A stretch of 56,315 nucleotides of DNA from Octopus bimaculoides (lineage: Eukaryota), in the NCBI RefSeq assembly GCF_001194135.2, contig NC_068984.1, positions 28,052,711-28,109,025 on the forward strand. Direction: 5' to 3'. Shown piece after piece: positions 12,386 to 25,426 of the stretch (positions are counted from its first letter, which is position 1; each line of letters starts with the position of its first letter). A program made the position numbers and the translations under genes. The notes under the pieces were generated by a model. That model did no database searches. It was not told the origin of the DNA and saw nothing but the letters and a program-made list of their open reading frames with translations.

Positions 12386-14014
12386 CATACACACATATAC
12401 ACACATATACACTAATATATACATACGTAGTGCATGCATACATATATATATGCACATACACACATACATACATACAATGAGATTTTGCATAGTTTCTGTC
12501 AATCAAATTCACTTGAGACATTGGTTGACATGAGGCTATATATGAAAACACTTGCCTAAGTTTTTATTTAGTGGAATGGAAATCAAAACTACTTGATTGT
12601 AAAGCAAATTTCCTTACCATACAGCTATCCTTTGTACAATTGGAATGTTACTTTATTCATTTTTATTTCAAATATTATAAGTTTAAAATTCTCTATTTTT
12701 AAATATTTTTCTTTTATGCTTGACTCTGCTTTTCTCAGAAAATAAGTTTCTTAATTTCATCATCTATGGAACGCCGTAATTATTTAACATAGCATATAAG
12801 TTAGGTCCACATACATTTACTTTGATGTAATTACGTTAACTCGAAGCTTCCAAGACATTATAATAGTATTTTGTGAATGTACCATTTTCTGATGCAAACC
12901 AAAGAAGTCAACATCTTCGAAATACTTTTCTTCTATATCTGAATTACACACAAATTAACAGATTTATAACCATTCCGATACCAATAACATGGAAACATGA
13001 TATTTGTATTGAATTATTTTTCTCTTTTAACATATTATATAACATTCATGCCAAAGTCATAATTTAGTGAATTGGGAAGGGAATTGTTCATGTGTGATAC
13101 TGGATATCTGAGTGAATTAATATTTTGGTGGAAAACAGAAGAATCATCTTTCTTTGATCAGGCATCTCTAATGCATTCACAAGCTGAAACAGCAAAAATA
13201 TTACAACTTACATGTACACATGAAATCACATTTCATGAATTTTGTCCCACATTTCTGACAAATATTTGTATTGTTTTTATTTTAGATGGTGCTTAACTGC
13301 AAGGAAATTCAGTGAGCAATATTTTGAACTCAAGAAGCTAGAAAAGGGAAATCCCATTAGAGAGGAGTTTTAGCTTTTATTTCAACTCAATCCCAATATT
13401 TATCCCATAAATATGTCTAAAAAGAAGTTCAGTTAAGCTATTTGGCTTAAATGTTATGTAACACAATTCTCGTAATGGTTTTGGCTACATCAAACCTAAG
13501 CTCGTACTATAGATCAGTAAATTATATCCAGACACTTACTGGACTAGCTCAATGCTACAACTAACCAGCCAATATTATATAAACAACAACATTAGGTACG
13601 TGATGATTTGTATAGTATTCTTCTTTACATAATAAAATATTCAATTATACTTGAGTTAGTAGTGGAAATGTTTCAGTCTATGTCTATTTCCATATTTTTG
13701 CTTTCTCATCTGTCAGTATTTTACAGTATTTCATCTGCTAACATGTTCCTAGATGTTTAGAAATAAAGAAACTAGTAAGATAAAATGATATTAAACCTGA
13801 AACTCAGAAAATATACCTGTATCAGATTCACTGACAAGACCTCAGATAGAAGAAAACTATATGAATCTAAAGGTCAGTTAAATAAGCAAAATACTATATA
13901 TAAAAATGAGAGAATTACATATCATCAATATATGCTCTTCCTTTTATGGAATATATCATTCCTTAAGACCAAATGTATGCCCAGAGTAATGTGTCATCAT
14001 TGCATTTAACATTG

Positions 14015-14135
14015 TCATCGTAGTTGGCAGTAGCAGTGGCAGCAGTGGCAGCAGTGGTTTTCTCATTGATATCATCGCTGGTCTTGTCTTCATCGTCGTC
14101 GTCGTTGTTGGCGTCGTCATCGTCATCATGATCAT
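14015..14135. repeat. Degenerate trinucleotide repeats (CAG/TGG, CAT/CGT)
   Basis: Read directly. These repeats produce the spurious D/T/M-rich minus-strand ORFs. Confidence 0.85.
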
Positions 14136-14344
14136 CAATTTTTTCATTAAACATGCTAACATAAACAATATTTCAGCACAGTTTTGTTCAATTGTTTCTC
14201 TTGTTTTGTATATATACATATACACAGACATACTCGTATATCATATATACATATAAACACATATATGTATATGCAGAGAGACAAAGAGAGAGAGAACCAC
14301 GCACACACATATATATATATATATACATATAGGTATATAATGCG

Positions 14345-14380
<36 letters not shown>

Positions 14381-15369
14381 AAATGGAAAGCAAAACAATA
14401 AATTGAACATACATACATACATACATAATTCATACATACATAATGCATACATACATACATACATACGTAAATACATACATACATACACACATATATACGT
14501 ACATACATATACACATACATAGATACAAATTTTGCTGTCTTTGATCTAAATTTTTCTTTCATGAAATAAATGCTTACAATCTGGAACATACAAAATGGTT
14601 TGTTCTCAAGTAAATGATGAAACAATCAAGGGAACTGATATATTGTAATAGGTTTATTTGGTAGGGTCATTATTTATGAGACGTAATAAATTTATGGCTA
14701 AGTTCTTTCAAATATTCAACACTATGATGAAAGAGTTTGATATTCCCAAGATTATAATTATTTTTTTCACCATTTAATTAAATTTAATTCTCTTTTATCT
14801 ACTATGAATTAGTATTGTGGGGAGTTATATACGTTGATTTTTTTTAATAATAAATCTTTTACGAGATTTTTTTCCTGTGCATTTGAAGATCGGTAAATTA
14901 GACAGAAATGTCCAACTAAATCAAACAAGGCTCCTGCACTTAGTGTCACATATAGTAAATAGAACTATTAGGCATAAGTTCTATCCTGATCTATACAGTG
15001 TATGTATTGTTTCCCAACCTCTCTAATGAATGTTAAAGACCATAAAATGTACAACTACTAAAATTCTACAAAATGTATACAGCGTGTCTGAGCTAAATTT
15101 GACGATTTTTTTAGATCTCCTTTTTTCAGAAATAGCTTGATGTGTTGATAAACTGTCAACGGCATTGGAGAGCATAACGATTACAGTTGCAGTTAAGAAA
15201 ACGTCAGCTGATTTAGAGGCGTAGAAGCCATCTGAATATTGGAAAAGACCTACTTGTATCATGATGATTCACGTCAGATATCAAATTTGCTGATATCATG
15301 ACTGCTGATTAGTGTTCTGTGAACACTGTAAAGGTTGCATGGTGTGACATGGAGTGCTGCAATAAAGAT

Positions 15370-15575
15370 TACGAAGCTGTAGCGAACAGGAAAGGATACA
15401 ACAGGTCTTCTGGATTTCATTCACACGTCTTTGAACAGAGTGTTAGGCTCGATCCAGAGGCTATGTAAAGCTGTTGGAGACTGTGTCCAATCGCTAGTTG
15501 GAGAGGGTTGCTGCTGGAAGGCCATATGTATGGCAGCAGGATTCGGTTCCATATCTACTGTCTAGAGGCAATACT
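15370..15575 (+). mobile_element. Tc1/mariner-superfamily transposase fragment (maT/DD37D-like)
   Basis: LERVAAGRPYVWQQDSVP matches the second-aspartate region Y(V/I)(W/F)QQDSAP. The subfamily call is from memory of the motif. Confidence 0.65.
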
Positions 15576-15700
15576 AAATGTGTGTTCAGAGAAATACAAC
15601 CTTGTAAACTTATTTCATATTTCCACTTCTCCCATCACTCTACGCTCAATTCTATTGATGTGTGTGTATTATATATGCATGTATGCGTATATATTAGGAT

Positions 15701-16625
15701 ACTAGCTGGCGTACCTGGTAATTCCCGGGAAAGCGGGGCTTATCCCCCGGTTCCGTTCTCATAATTGTTTCGCTAATCCAGTAACAACAGTACAAAGCAT
15801 GTAGCCCTGAAAGCGGTTTTTGTGCATTTATTGAGAATACCGAACTGTCTCACACAGGATCTTGTTTTTAGGAATTCCCAATAATTTACGAATGCCCGCA
15901 TTGAGAAGTCAGTTATGTAATAACATGAAATTAATTACCCGATAGTAAGAATTCAAATAAAGTAGCCCTGAAAAAGCCTTTAATACGTTCCCAGAATATA
16001 CAGCACTAGGAGGAAATACTAATAAGTTATGTATACTAAAATCGTGAATCATGTTACATAATAACAGGCTAATCAGATATGAGATAATAACAATTCAAAG
16101 TAAATAACTATGAAAAAAGCCTTTGTGCGTTCGCAGAGAATATTACCCTCAGCGACGCTAGTGTTGGTATATTCATGAATAAGTCACTAACTGAAATTAG
16201 TGAATCGATTGTTTAGGAAAATACTATTTACTTGTTTAAGCGTTGTACTGGATAAATTGCAAAAATAACTCAAATAGTTCAAATACTAAGAAATAAGCGT
16301 ACTCAATTTAATTTATACGAAATAATTTACGAACATGAATGAGTTATTTCCCTTGGTTATATATATAAGGATCCCTTTCAGGAATGAATGGGTTATTTCC
16401 CTTGGATGTTTAAAAATAATATATTTGTTATATGTAGTAGATATAAGAATCCCTTCCAGGGGCCTATTATCGATTTTTTCAACAATCTAAGTATGTCACT
16501 AGTTTTCCAGACGTGAGTTCTACTTACGTGTCAAGTTTCATCAAAATCGATGAAATGATGTAGGAGTTAGATAACGACGCCACAAGCAAACACACCCACA
16601 GAATTCCCCAAATGTAGTATATAAT
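15701..16625 (+). mobile_element. Non-autonomous Helitron/Helentron-like element (HINE/Lep1-like architecture)
   Basis: The 5' end is T|ACTAGCTGGCGTACCTGGTAATTCCCGGG, with a subterminal hairpin. The 3' region has AAGTTTCATCAAAATCG, a short CA-rich tract and a GTAGTATATAAT terminus. Internal sub-repeats are present. Confidence 0.65.
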
Positions 16626-17003
16626 ACGCAGTGATAATAAAAAAATACTATATACACCCGTAATACGTCCATGCACGCCTAACGACTGAAAAATCTTTGC
16701 AGCATCATTCGTATGTGTTGCTTAGTGTGCTTTTACACATTATCCATACAGAGATTTTCCTTTCCAAGACAACACTCACCGCATACACCACATACACACA
16801 CTCTCTCTCTCCCTCTCTCTCCCTCTCTCTCTCTCTCACACACACATGCACATACATACAACACGAACGTATTAAGTAGATATGTACACAGGCTTACTTG
16901 AATCATTTTTGCATTATGAGCTTTGCAAACTCCAGCAAATATATTATTTGGGCGATCTTTCGATACCAATCCTCCTTTTTGCTTCAGCGTTTGTTTACAT
17001 CAA

Positions 17004-17588
17004 TTCGGCAAATTCCATAATGAAAGAGGGAAAGGACGTTAGTCAGCGACAGCTTTGATCTGTTAGGTAGCAGACAGCAGGGACCCCCTCTTTAAGAACA
17101 CATGCCAGTTATCTCTCGCTTTCTCTCTCTATCTCTAACCCTAACCCTAACCCTAACCCATAAGCCTAACCCTAACCCTAAGTGACATGTGTTTTTAAGA
17201 GAGTGTGAAAGAGATAGATAGAGAGAGAGTGTGAAAGAGATAGATAGAGAGAGAGTGTGAAAGAGATAGACACAGAGAGAGAAAGCGAGGGAGTGGGAAA
17301 GAGATAGACAGAGAGAGAGAGAAAGCGAGAGAGTGTGAAAGAGATAGACAGAGAGAGAGAAAGCGAGAGAGTGTGAAAGAGATAGAGAGAGAGAGAGTGT
17401 GAAAGAGATAGACAGAGAGAGAGAGAAAGCGAGAGATAAGTGACATGTGTTTTTAAGAGAGGGGAAGGGGGGGAGAGATAACTGGCAGGTGTTCTTAAGG
17501 GATGGGTTTCCCTGCTGTCTGCTACCTAACACATCAAAGCTGTCGCTGACTAACGTCCTTTCCCTCTTTCTTTGCGGAAATTGCCGAA
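17004..17588. mobile_element. Foldback/MITE-like element with ~115-bp inverted arms, internal (TAACCC)n and a GA-rich tandem array
   Basis: Arms are 17004-17117 and 17473-17588. The ~62-nt core GAAAGAGGGAAAGGACGTTAGTCAGCGACAGCTTTGAT(C/G)TGTTAGGTAGCAGACAGCAGGGA differs at one position between arms. Confidence 0.8.
17135..17181 (+). repeat. Interstitial telomeric-type repeat (TAACCC)n, about 6 units with one interruption
   Basis: Read directly; reverse complement of TTAGGG. Confidence 0.9.
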
Positions 17589-17893
17589 CGATTGTCAAAC
17601 GATTGTCAAACGAGTTGGCATATAGAAAACTTGTACCGAACGATCGCCATTATTTGCCATTTACATATATGAATGGCAGTTCTTAGTAGTCTATAAACGA
17701 CGAAATCCGTGTCTGTAGTGGATGAAGCGTAGCGATACGGAAATACGTGTCCTACAGTTCGAGTACATTACTCTTAGCTCAGTTTGATGAATTTCCGGAT
17801 TTTCGAAAAGGAAATTTCTTTTCCAAAACATTTACAGCAGCGAACGTCTTTCCACAAAGGGTGTACGTAAATGTGCTAAATATGTACGTATGT

Positions 17894-18329
17894 CATTATT
17901 CAGTTTTATTTCAAGATTTCTCGCCAAAACAGGAGCCAGTTTCTAACCTAGATCCAAGGCTCCTTCATTGGAATTTCAAAGTCAACAGGGTATATTTGTA
18001 TTTATGCATGTATGTATGCATATGTGCAGATCTGTATGTTTTGTTTTATGCATGTATTCTCATGCATATTGTTACATGTCTAGACATGCTCATATATACT
18101 TAAATGATAAACTCCAGGAATGTTTTACAGATTTCTACAGTCCCAGTGATGGATTGAATCTGTAGTCTTCGAATTAGCTTTCTCTTTTCTGGTTTTGAGA
18201 AGCCTAATTTCTCAATTGCTGAAGATTGGTATTTAGGCAGTGTGTTACATATCCCAGTGCTCCAATTATTACAGGTAAAGACCTGAACTCGTAATATTTA
18301 TAGAGTAACTGTAGATTCCTCAACAGTTC
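17894..18329 (-). mobile_element. R4/Dong-like REL-endonuclease non-LTR retrotransposon, 5'-truncated 3' end
   Basis: Translation gives ELLRNLQLLYKYYEFRSLPVIIGALGYVTHCLNTNLQQL, a frameshift, then KLGFSKPEKRKLIRRLQIQSITGTVEICKTFLEFII* (stop at 18100). A 3' UTR ends GAAATAAAACTGAATAATG. The P-x-I-x-GALG motif is typical of the REL C-terminus. Confidence 0.75.
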
Positions 18330-21079
18330 ATGTATGTATGTATGAATGTATGCATGTATGTATGTATGTATGTATGTATGTATACACATACGCATACCTA
18401 TGTATGGAGATTTTAGTACTTGAAAAGAAAATGTACTTTCGTATTTTACACGTTAAATTTTATGAATTTTTATAGTCATCATAATTAATTCAGAGATCAT
18501 TAGAAAGCTAGTTAGAAATACTTAATAAGTTACAAAAATAGAAAACTTTCTTTAATTTTTTAAAGAAAATTTGGGTAACATCTGGACATGGGTCACTGTT
18601 TTTATGATCTCAACATTGATGCGTACATTTCATTATATTCACCAAATTAAAGATGGGAGAATTTCTATGTAAATGTCCATTAATATACATTAGCTGGTGC
18701 AGAAAAATAGAATTGTTTAGAGAATAAATAACTAGAGACACCATCTACATACAAAACAATACTTAAGTTAGTGTTGGAACATAATTAATACAGAAAGCAT
18801 TTTGAAAGCTAACTAGGAATGATTATGCGGAGAGGAAAATAAGAACATGAGTCAACAACTAATACTATCCAATACTATTTTAATTATTTCAGCTTTGAAA
18901 GGAACTTACTTTAACGTTAATGAACTTAAATGCTTTAGAATGAATAAAAGTGATAAAGTATCACGGAAACATACTGAAAGAAAGAGACAAAAATGAAGAA
19001 AAAAGAAGAAAAAATGTTCTTGTAAGAATGAAACAAGATATGAGTTTAAAAATATGAACAAAAGAAACAGTAAAAAGAAACAAAGAAAAATAAAGAATGC
19101 AAAGAAAGGGAAAAACTAAAACAAAATTATTGAAGAAAAGAACAGAAAAATATGACAAACAATATTCTTGAGAAAAGATGTGCTAATTTTATTGTTGGTG
19201 GTGTTGATGGTGATGGTTATGGTTTGTTATTGTTGTTTAACCTTAGATCAGTATGTCTATGATCAAAGGCATTGCAGTCGCGACCTTCCCGTCCCTTCAT
19301 TGCAACATAGCGTATCTAGGACCATATTATTTCAAAGTATTCTGTATTTTTGAAAAACAGCAGGCTGTGGTTTAGAGTGATTTGGATGTTATTTCTAATA
19401 GATCGAACGACTGCTAAGATGTTAACACGTTGATATAATGGCCATAAAACATATCTCTGCAAATATGCTAAGATTGTACATTATGAGAGAAACAACAACT
19501 TAGCTTTCTCTTGTACAAGATGATATTTCAATCTTTATAGCATTAAATTTTTATTTATTCTACCATAGTATTTGATAATTCAAAATGAAAATATCACTAA
19601 CAGCAAAAAACAAACAAACAAACAAAAACAAACAAACAAGTGAAATAGAAAGAAGAGAGATATATGAAAACAATTGGTCATCTGTTTTGATATTAATAGC
19701 TTAACTGTAAGAGTACAACAGTGAAGCTAACAACTCTGTGAAAATATAAAGAAAAATATTGTATTTTAAATGAAATTCTTCAAATGGATGAATAGTTTTT
19801 CATGGCAAAAAAGGAAGCAAACAAGTTGCAAATAAACGTATTTAGAAATTAGTGAGAAATGAATATTTGTTGTGATAAATTGATATCTACAATAACTCAA
19901 ACTGATACACACTTATATATGCTCATAGAAATTCACACATACAACGACATTCCCACACCATACACACATCAACTACTCTAATACACAAACAAATATACAT
20001 ACAAATATACACTCGAATGCAAACACTAACTCCACAAGCATACACTATAAACACAAACACGCACATATAAATACATGAGTATATGTATGTATGATATACA
20101 TAAACATATATATACACACACACACACATATATATATNNNNNNNNNNNNNNNNNNNNNNNNNNNNNNNNNNNNNNNNNNNNNNNNNNNNNNNNNNNNNNN
20201 NNNNNNNNNNNNNNNNNNNNNNNNNNNNNNNNNNNNNNTATATATATACATTTATATGTATACGCACGCACATACACACATATATATATACACACATACA
20301 GACACAATTGTGTACAAACACACACAAATATATATACAATCCCATACGTATATTAACAGGTATATATTAAATTGAAAGTAGGATCGAAAACAACAATAAA
20401 TATAAATGATGCTGGTTTATTCATATTCATGTTTTTTTCCATTTCTAATAAATCGCAAGACTAAAAAAATATTATGTAATAACTGTTTTATTAATGTGTA
20501 TGTGTGCATGGGTGTGTGTTTCAGTCCGTACGTAAATCATAAACGATTTGTTTAATAAACATATATATTTTGTTGTGAAAATTTAATCTGTGAATTTTTA
20601 GTAGCTGAGTGGAGTGAGAAATCACTTCTCGCAGGTTTCGTATATATATTAATGTTCACCAGAGTTGCTCCCTATGCCTCTTAAATTCAGAAGCTAAGAA
20701 CAATCATCGAGAAAACATAAAGCAAATTTTACAAGAGCAATGTCATTTAAGTGGCGATAGATTGACACAAGTAGTTTGTTAACCAAGGCACTGACACAGG
20801 CTTGTTTGTATAAATAAATAAAGAGAAATCGTAGACATTACATTCCAAGAATATAAGTTTATAAAATACATTGTATATAGTTCTCATAGTTTGGTAGGTT
20901 AGCAAACCCGTTAGCACATTGGACTAAATACCTTGTGGTATTTATTCTGGGATTTCAACTCGGAATTTAAATATTCTGAGTTGAAAGCAAGAACTAACTT
21001 ATAGTTTCCAGCTAAGACTTAATGTATATTATTCTTAAGGTAAATCAAAATTGTTCGAGAAGCAGTGCATAAAAATCTG

Positions 21080-22300
21080 TTTTGTAGTATACGAACTAAT
21101 TGTTCTCAGACAAAAAGTTTGTATGAAATTCGACCCTAGCGCCAATTTCAGACGCGGCCAGTCATGTTTTAATCGTGAAATCACAGAGTATTTACTCCAG
21201 AATGAGCCTAACACACCCAGGTTATAAATTCAATGTATTTTACAATGCTAGCAAAGTTTCTTATCAAGAAAAAGTCATTAAACATCAAGAACCTTTGTGA
21301 AATCAGATTAAAATTTGCATCAATACTCAATCATCACGTCCTTCATGCTTACTTTTTGATATGAAATATAATTGTGGTAGCTTTATCCATTGCAATTAGT
21401 TCTGCAGCTGACAGTTATTGTATTCTACTAGTGATAATAATAAAACTGTGGGTCTTAAACAGACTAACGAGACGACATAGCCTCGAATATTATACAACAA
21501 ATGACATTCCACATGAGAGTAATTGTAAATTGCAAATTTAGCAAGCTAAAATAAAAATGGATACTGATGAAACATAATCTATCATTCTGGGTTTGGTGTA
21601 AGCAAAAGCAATTAATCACCAAACCTACTGACAGAAGTTTAACTTCTTATGATGAATTAAATCTAGAAGTATGTGGGGCTGGAACAGTTTTGTTTTAAAA
21701 GATAAGTTATTATCACTGCAGAGCAAAAGTTATTGTCCCCAGTTTTGGGAATGCATCAAGACTGCATCTTTAAGATGATAAAAATTTGCACAATACCTTG
21801 TTTTGGCAACATTCATGATCGAATGTGGAACAACTCTTACAGATGAGGTTCCAGCAACAAAATAGCAAAGCCTACAGCATATTTTAGTCATTCCCTTAAT
21901 AATCAAAGATAAATTTTAGAAATATTGAATGTAGAAGCTCAACTGTGGTATGGTATGTTGAAAGACTGAGGTATATTTTTACTCGAAGAATTTTTTGTAC
22001 TTGTCACTAACAATCAGCCATTACAGTTAAAGTTTTTCAAAGTATCTCAATTTTTACTCGCGAGTTTTTAGCTGATTGCCAGATAAACCTTCTTGCAATC
22101 ATATGATTACAAACATCATGCAGCATTTGGTGCAAGCAAGTTATCTATCTCCAACCAAGAAACCACTAAACAGAAAATTGAGACAAAATGTTATTGCAGA
22201 AACGATATAATAAAATTTCCAGTATACGCACGTTGATTCGTACTAATAAAAATATCTGTTAATCATGGTAATATCATCAATGGACTGACATCACCAGCAT
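21080..22300 (+). mobile_element. Highly degenerate Ty3/Gypsy pol relic (RT/RNase H)
   Basis: Collinear weak motifs: VCMKFDPSANFR (resembles FSKLDLxSAY), RSLTSYDELNLEVCGAGTVLF (resembles L..Y......DAS.YGIGAVL) and FVLVTNNQPL (resembles F.L.TDHKPL). Many stops; boundaries are approximate. Confidence 0.5.
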
Positions 22301-22826
22301 CTCCTTATCTTGCAAAAGCGGTAGCTTATGTGATTCTTCGTTCAAACACATTAGCATCACCTATGTCTCAAGCGATTACTGTTGGTAATATGCTACCTCC
22401 AACACACCAAATGCTGCCAACTTCTACGTTATATAACTAGTATTCGAGCATCATCAGACGTGGGGGTGTACGACCTCAAAGGAAGTAGGAATCCACAAAG
22501 ATAATGTCTAATATGAAGTATGTCTTGAGCTTGAAGCAATATTTGCATTCATTTAAATAATATATACGCATGTTCAGCAAACGAGAGATGAGTATAAAAT
22601 GAATAGGCTTCTCCATCTTGAATCCTTGTTTTGGTATCCTACTCAGATAATGGTGAACCACGAACGTCATAACAGATGTCTTAAGAACTGTACTTAGCCA
22701 TTTACTATTGTGGACTTAAATATATATACTAATATCTACACATATTTCAAAAATGATTACGCATTTTACGTATTGAATCTAGCTCTTCAGCACGCGATGG
22801 CTAAAATATACTAAAGAACAAAAGTT

Positions 22827-22829
<3 letters not shown>

Positions 22830-22875
<46 letters not shown>

Positions 22876-22920
22876 NNNNNNNNNNNNNNNNNNNNNNNNN
22901 NNNNNNNNNNNNNNNNNNNN

Positions 22921-22960
<40 letters not shown>
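22830..22960. repeat. (CT)n microsatellite with an internal gap
   Basis: Read directly from the sequence. Confidence 0.95.
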
Positions 22961-22965
<5 letters not shown>

Positions 22966-23103
22966 ACATACATACGCACGCCGCACTCACACACACACAC
23001 ACTCACACACGCACACACACACACACATGTATTTCTGCACACAAGCAAAGACAAACTTATACACGTAACACCCGTCACACATATGCACATATGTGCACGT
23101 ATG

Positions 23104-23134
<31 letters not shown>

Positions 23135-24231
23135 ATGTATAAATTTACGTATATGTATAAATGTGTGTGTGCGTGCGTGTGTGTATGTATGTATGCATGT
23201 ATATACGTATGCATATGTATGTATGTATGCATGCGTGTCAGTGTGTGTGTGAGAGTGTGAAAGGCAGTCATAGACATTTACACAAATGTAAATAAGCAAG
23301 GTGTGCTTATGTAAATGAAATAATTATTTGTGTACATATGCCAGACGTATTGCGAAGTATCTGTTGCTTTTGAAGTGCTGGGTAATGTTTTCGATAGATT
23401 TAGATTAAATTTAAAGCGATTCAGCTTTTCAATATTGTTCATTTATTGATATTTCAATTATACGAAAGTGACCAACCTTGTATAATTTCAGTGTGTCTCC
23501 CTATGATATGGGTTTGAGTTCTGCCGCATCATCTTTACCACGCATTGCTGCTAAACTTGGTAAATTACGCTCATATAGTATTCTGTGCAGTATTCAATGA
23601 ATGAAATCGCTCTTCATGTAAAAGTTTAACCCGTGCCTTATCAATGGAAACTGATATTTCTCGTATATCAATTGTATCACTTGTTAAAAATCGAAATTTA
23701 TTTTCTATGGCATCAACTTTTAGAGAGATATTGAATAGTAAAATGAACTTAGTGGTTTGATTCATAACTTATATCGAATTTAAAAGTTTCAATTTTGATC
23801 TTCGTAAGAAATACATAATAATTAAATTTGGTACTTTATCATAATTAGAACCAATTAATAACTATTGCCTTAAGGTCTGTCTTTATTTAAAATTGACACT
23901 ATTGAGATTAAATTCCTAAATAGTGCCCGAAGCATTGATGGCATCCAACTATAACAGTCATATTGTAAGGCACTGAATTTAAGCTTGTACGTCAGAGAAA
24001 ATCGAAGTGTCCAGCATTTCAAAAAATCAATTAAAAACGTAAAACAAACTTTAAGATCTTTTCGCTATCGTTTTAAAGTAGTAAGCTTATAGATAACCGA
24101 AACTGTGATCTGATCTTAAATTCAAATACTACTTTCACATTACTTATATGAATAGCAAGTTAACAACTCTAATTTTCCTAACTTCTTTTAATATAAAATT
24201 AAGAACACTGCACCAATCTCTAAGAAATCTA

Positions 24232-25426
24232 TCGGGCTGAGTAAAAAATAAGCAACTTTTTGAAATTCCCCACAATATATTTCAACAATACGGAAATTTT
24301 ATTTGTCAAAGTAAGTACCATTATAATCAACACAATTTTAAGGAGTTACAAGTTTGTTTAATCCGGTAACATAAAAATCTGGAGTTCTAGAGCAGATGAA
24401 CTCTTTGAATGCACTTTTAGCATCTGCTTAATTTTTGAACTCCTTCTCTCGCAGGAAACCATCAAGGTGCTTGAAAAAGTGGTAGTCATTAGGAGAAAGG
24501 TCTGGGGAATAAGCTGGGTGGGGAAGAACTTCGTAGCCAATTTCATTCAACTTCTGGGGCGTCATTAGTGAAACGTGTCGTCGAGCATTGTCATGAAGAA
24601 TGATTGGTCCTCTTCTGTTGACAGCCAGGGTCGGAGGAGTAGCATTTTTTCGTTCATTTTGGCAATTTGATGGCAATATTTTTCTGTAATAATGGTTTTT
24701 TTCGAATTTTAAGAAGTTATAGTGGATGAGTCCAGCAGTACACCCCCTTTTTGAAGAGCTCGTGTTTAGGGAGGGTTTTCGGTTCAGAATCATCGCAAGT
24801 TACAATACGGATCAGTCTGGTTACGGAGAAAAAACGACGAGTAAATTTCATATCTGTGCATTTTCTGGTTTTCATTCAAATCATGTGGTATCCATTTGTC
24901 GAGCTTTTTTTTATTTTCCGATCGCATGAAATTGGTTGCAGGCAGTTTTCTAGCTAATTTGAAGTTCTTTTGCCAGTTCTCGAGTGGTTTTTACGTGGAT
25001 CTTTCTCAATGACGGTCTTTAATTGACCCTCATCGATGACAGCTAGGCGTCCACTATGCTCACCATCTACAAGGCTCAGGTCTCCACTGCGAAATCGTTT
25101 AAGCCATTTTCCAGCTGAGCACTCACTGGTCATTTCCACACCAAACGCTTCGTTGATACCGCGAGCAGTTTCGGCTGCTTTACGTCCTTTTTTGAAGTTA
25201 AATACTAAAATATTTCGAATACCACACTTTGACAGTTTCATTTCAGATGTTTGTAACAACGGTGAAAAAAATATCAATGCTAATTTATTGATGCATTTGG
25301 TCAAGTCCATGTCTGTATTGTCAGACATTTGCAAAAAAGTGTTTAAAAAAAAAATTCAAAATCCTGCAAAAATCCGGTACAAATTCTCCATGTTTCAAAA
25401 CGTTGCTTACTATTTACTCAACCTGA
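24232..25426 (-). mobile_element. Mariner DNA transposon (Hsmar1/cecropia-like), both TIRs present, transposase pseudogene with internal deletion
   Basis: TA-flanked TIRs TCGGGCTGAGTAAAAAATAAGCAAC (24232) and GTTGCTTACTATTTACTCAACCTGA (ending 25426). The HTH region reads FNFKKGRKAAETARGINEAFG...WLKRFRSGDLSL. Also KKLDKWIPHDLNENQK (resembles WVPHEL), ILHDNARRH and HPAYSPDLSPNDYHFFKHLD. Confidence 0.93.

Noticed and set aside
13283-13370. Possible + strand exon after a strong acceptor (TTTTATTTTAG)
   Set aside because: The longest frame (WCLTARKFSEQYFELKKLEKGNPIREEF*) reaches a stop, the one plausible donor gives only a 26-nt piece with no compatible neighbour, and I recognise no homology.
13956-14231. 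Acidic and Thr/Ala-rich ORFs
   Set aside because: They are explained by degenerate trinucleotide repeats and show no domain or splice support.
17135-17181. True telomere or chromosome-fusion site
   Set aside because: Only about 6 units, in one orientation, embedded inside an inverted-repeat element.
17195-17445. CRISPR-like repeat-spacer array (also the 51811-51897 minisatellite)
   Set aside because: The units are contiguous low-complexity repeats without unique spacers, and the context is eukaryotic.
17925-17975. Hammerhead-like look of the REL-LINE 3' UTR (ATGAAGG-AGCCT...AGGTT-AGAAAC, minus)
   Set aside because: The core deviates at several invariant positions and has an extra base before GAAA. 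It is treated as an ordinary 3' UTR stem-loop.
17916-17989. Apparent + strand exon (AG...GT; DFSPKQEPVSNLDPRLLHWNFKVNR)
   Set aside because: It is the antisense of the 3' UTR of the Dong/R4-like element.
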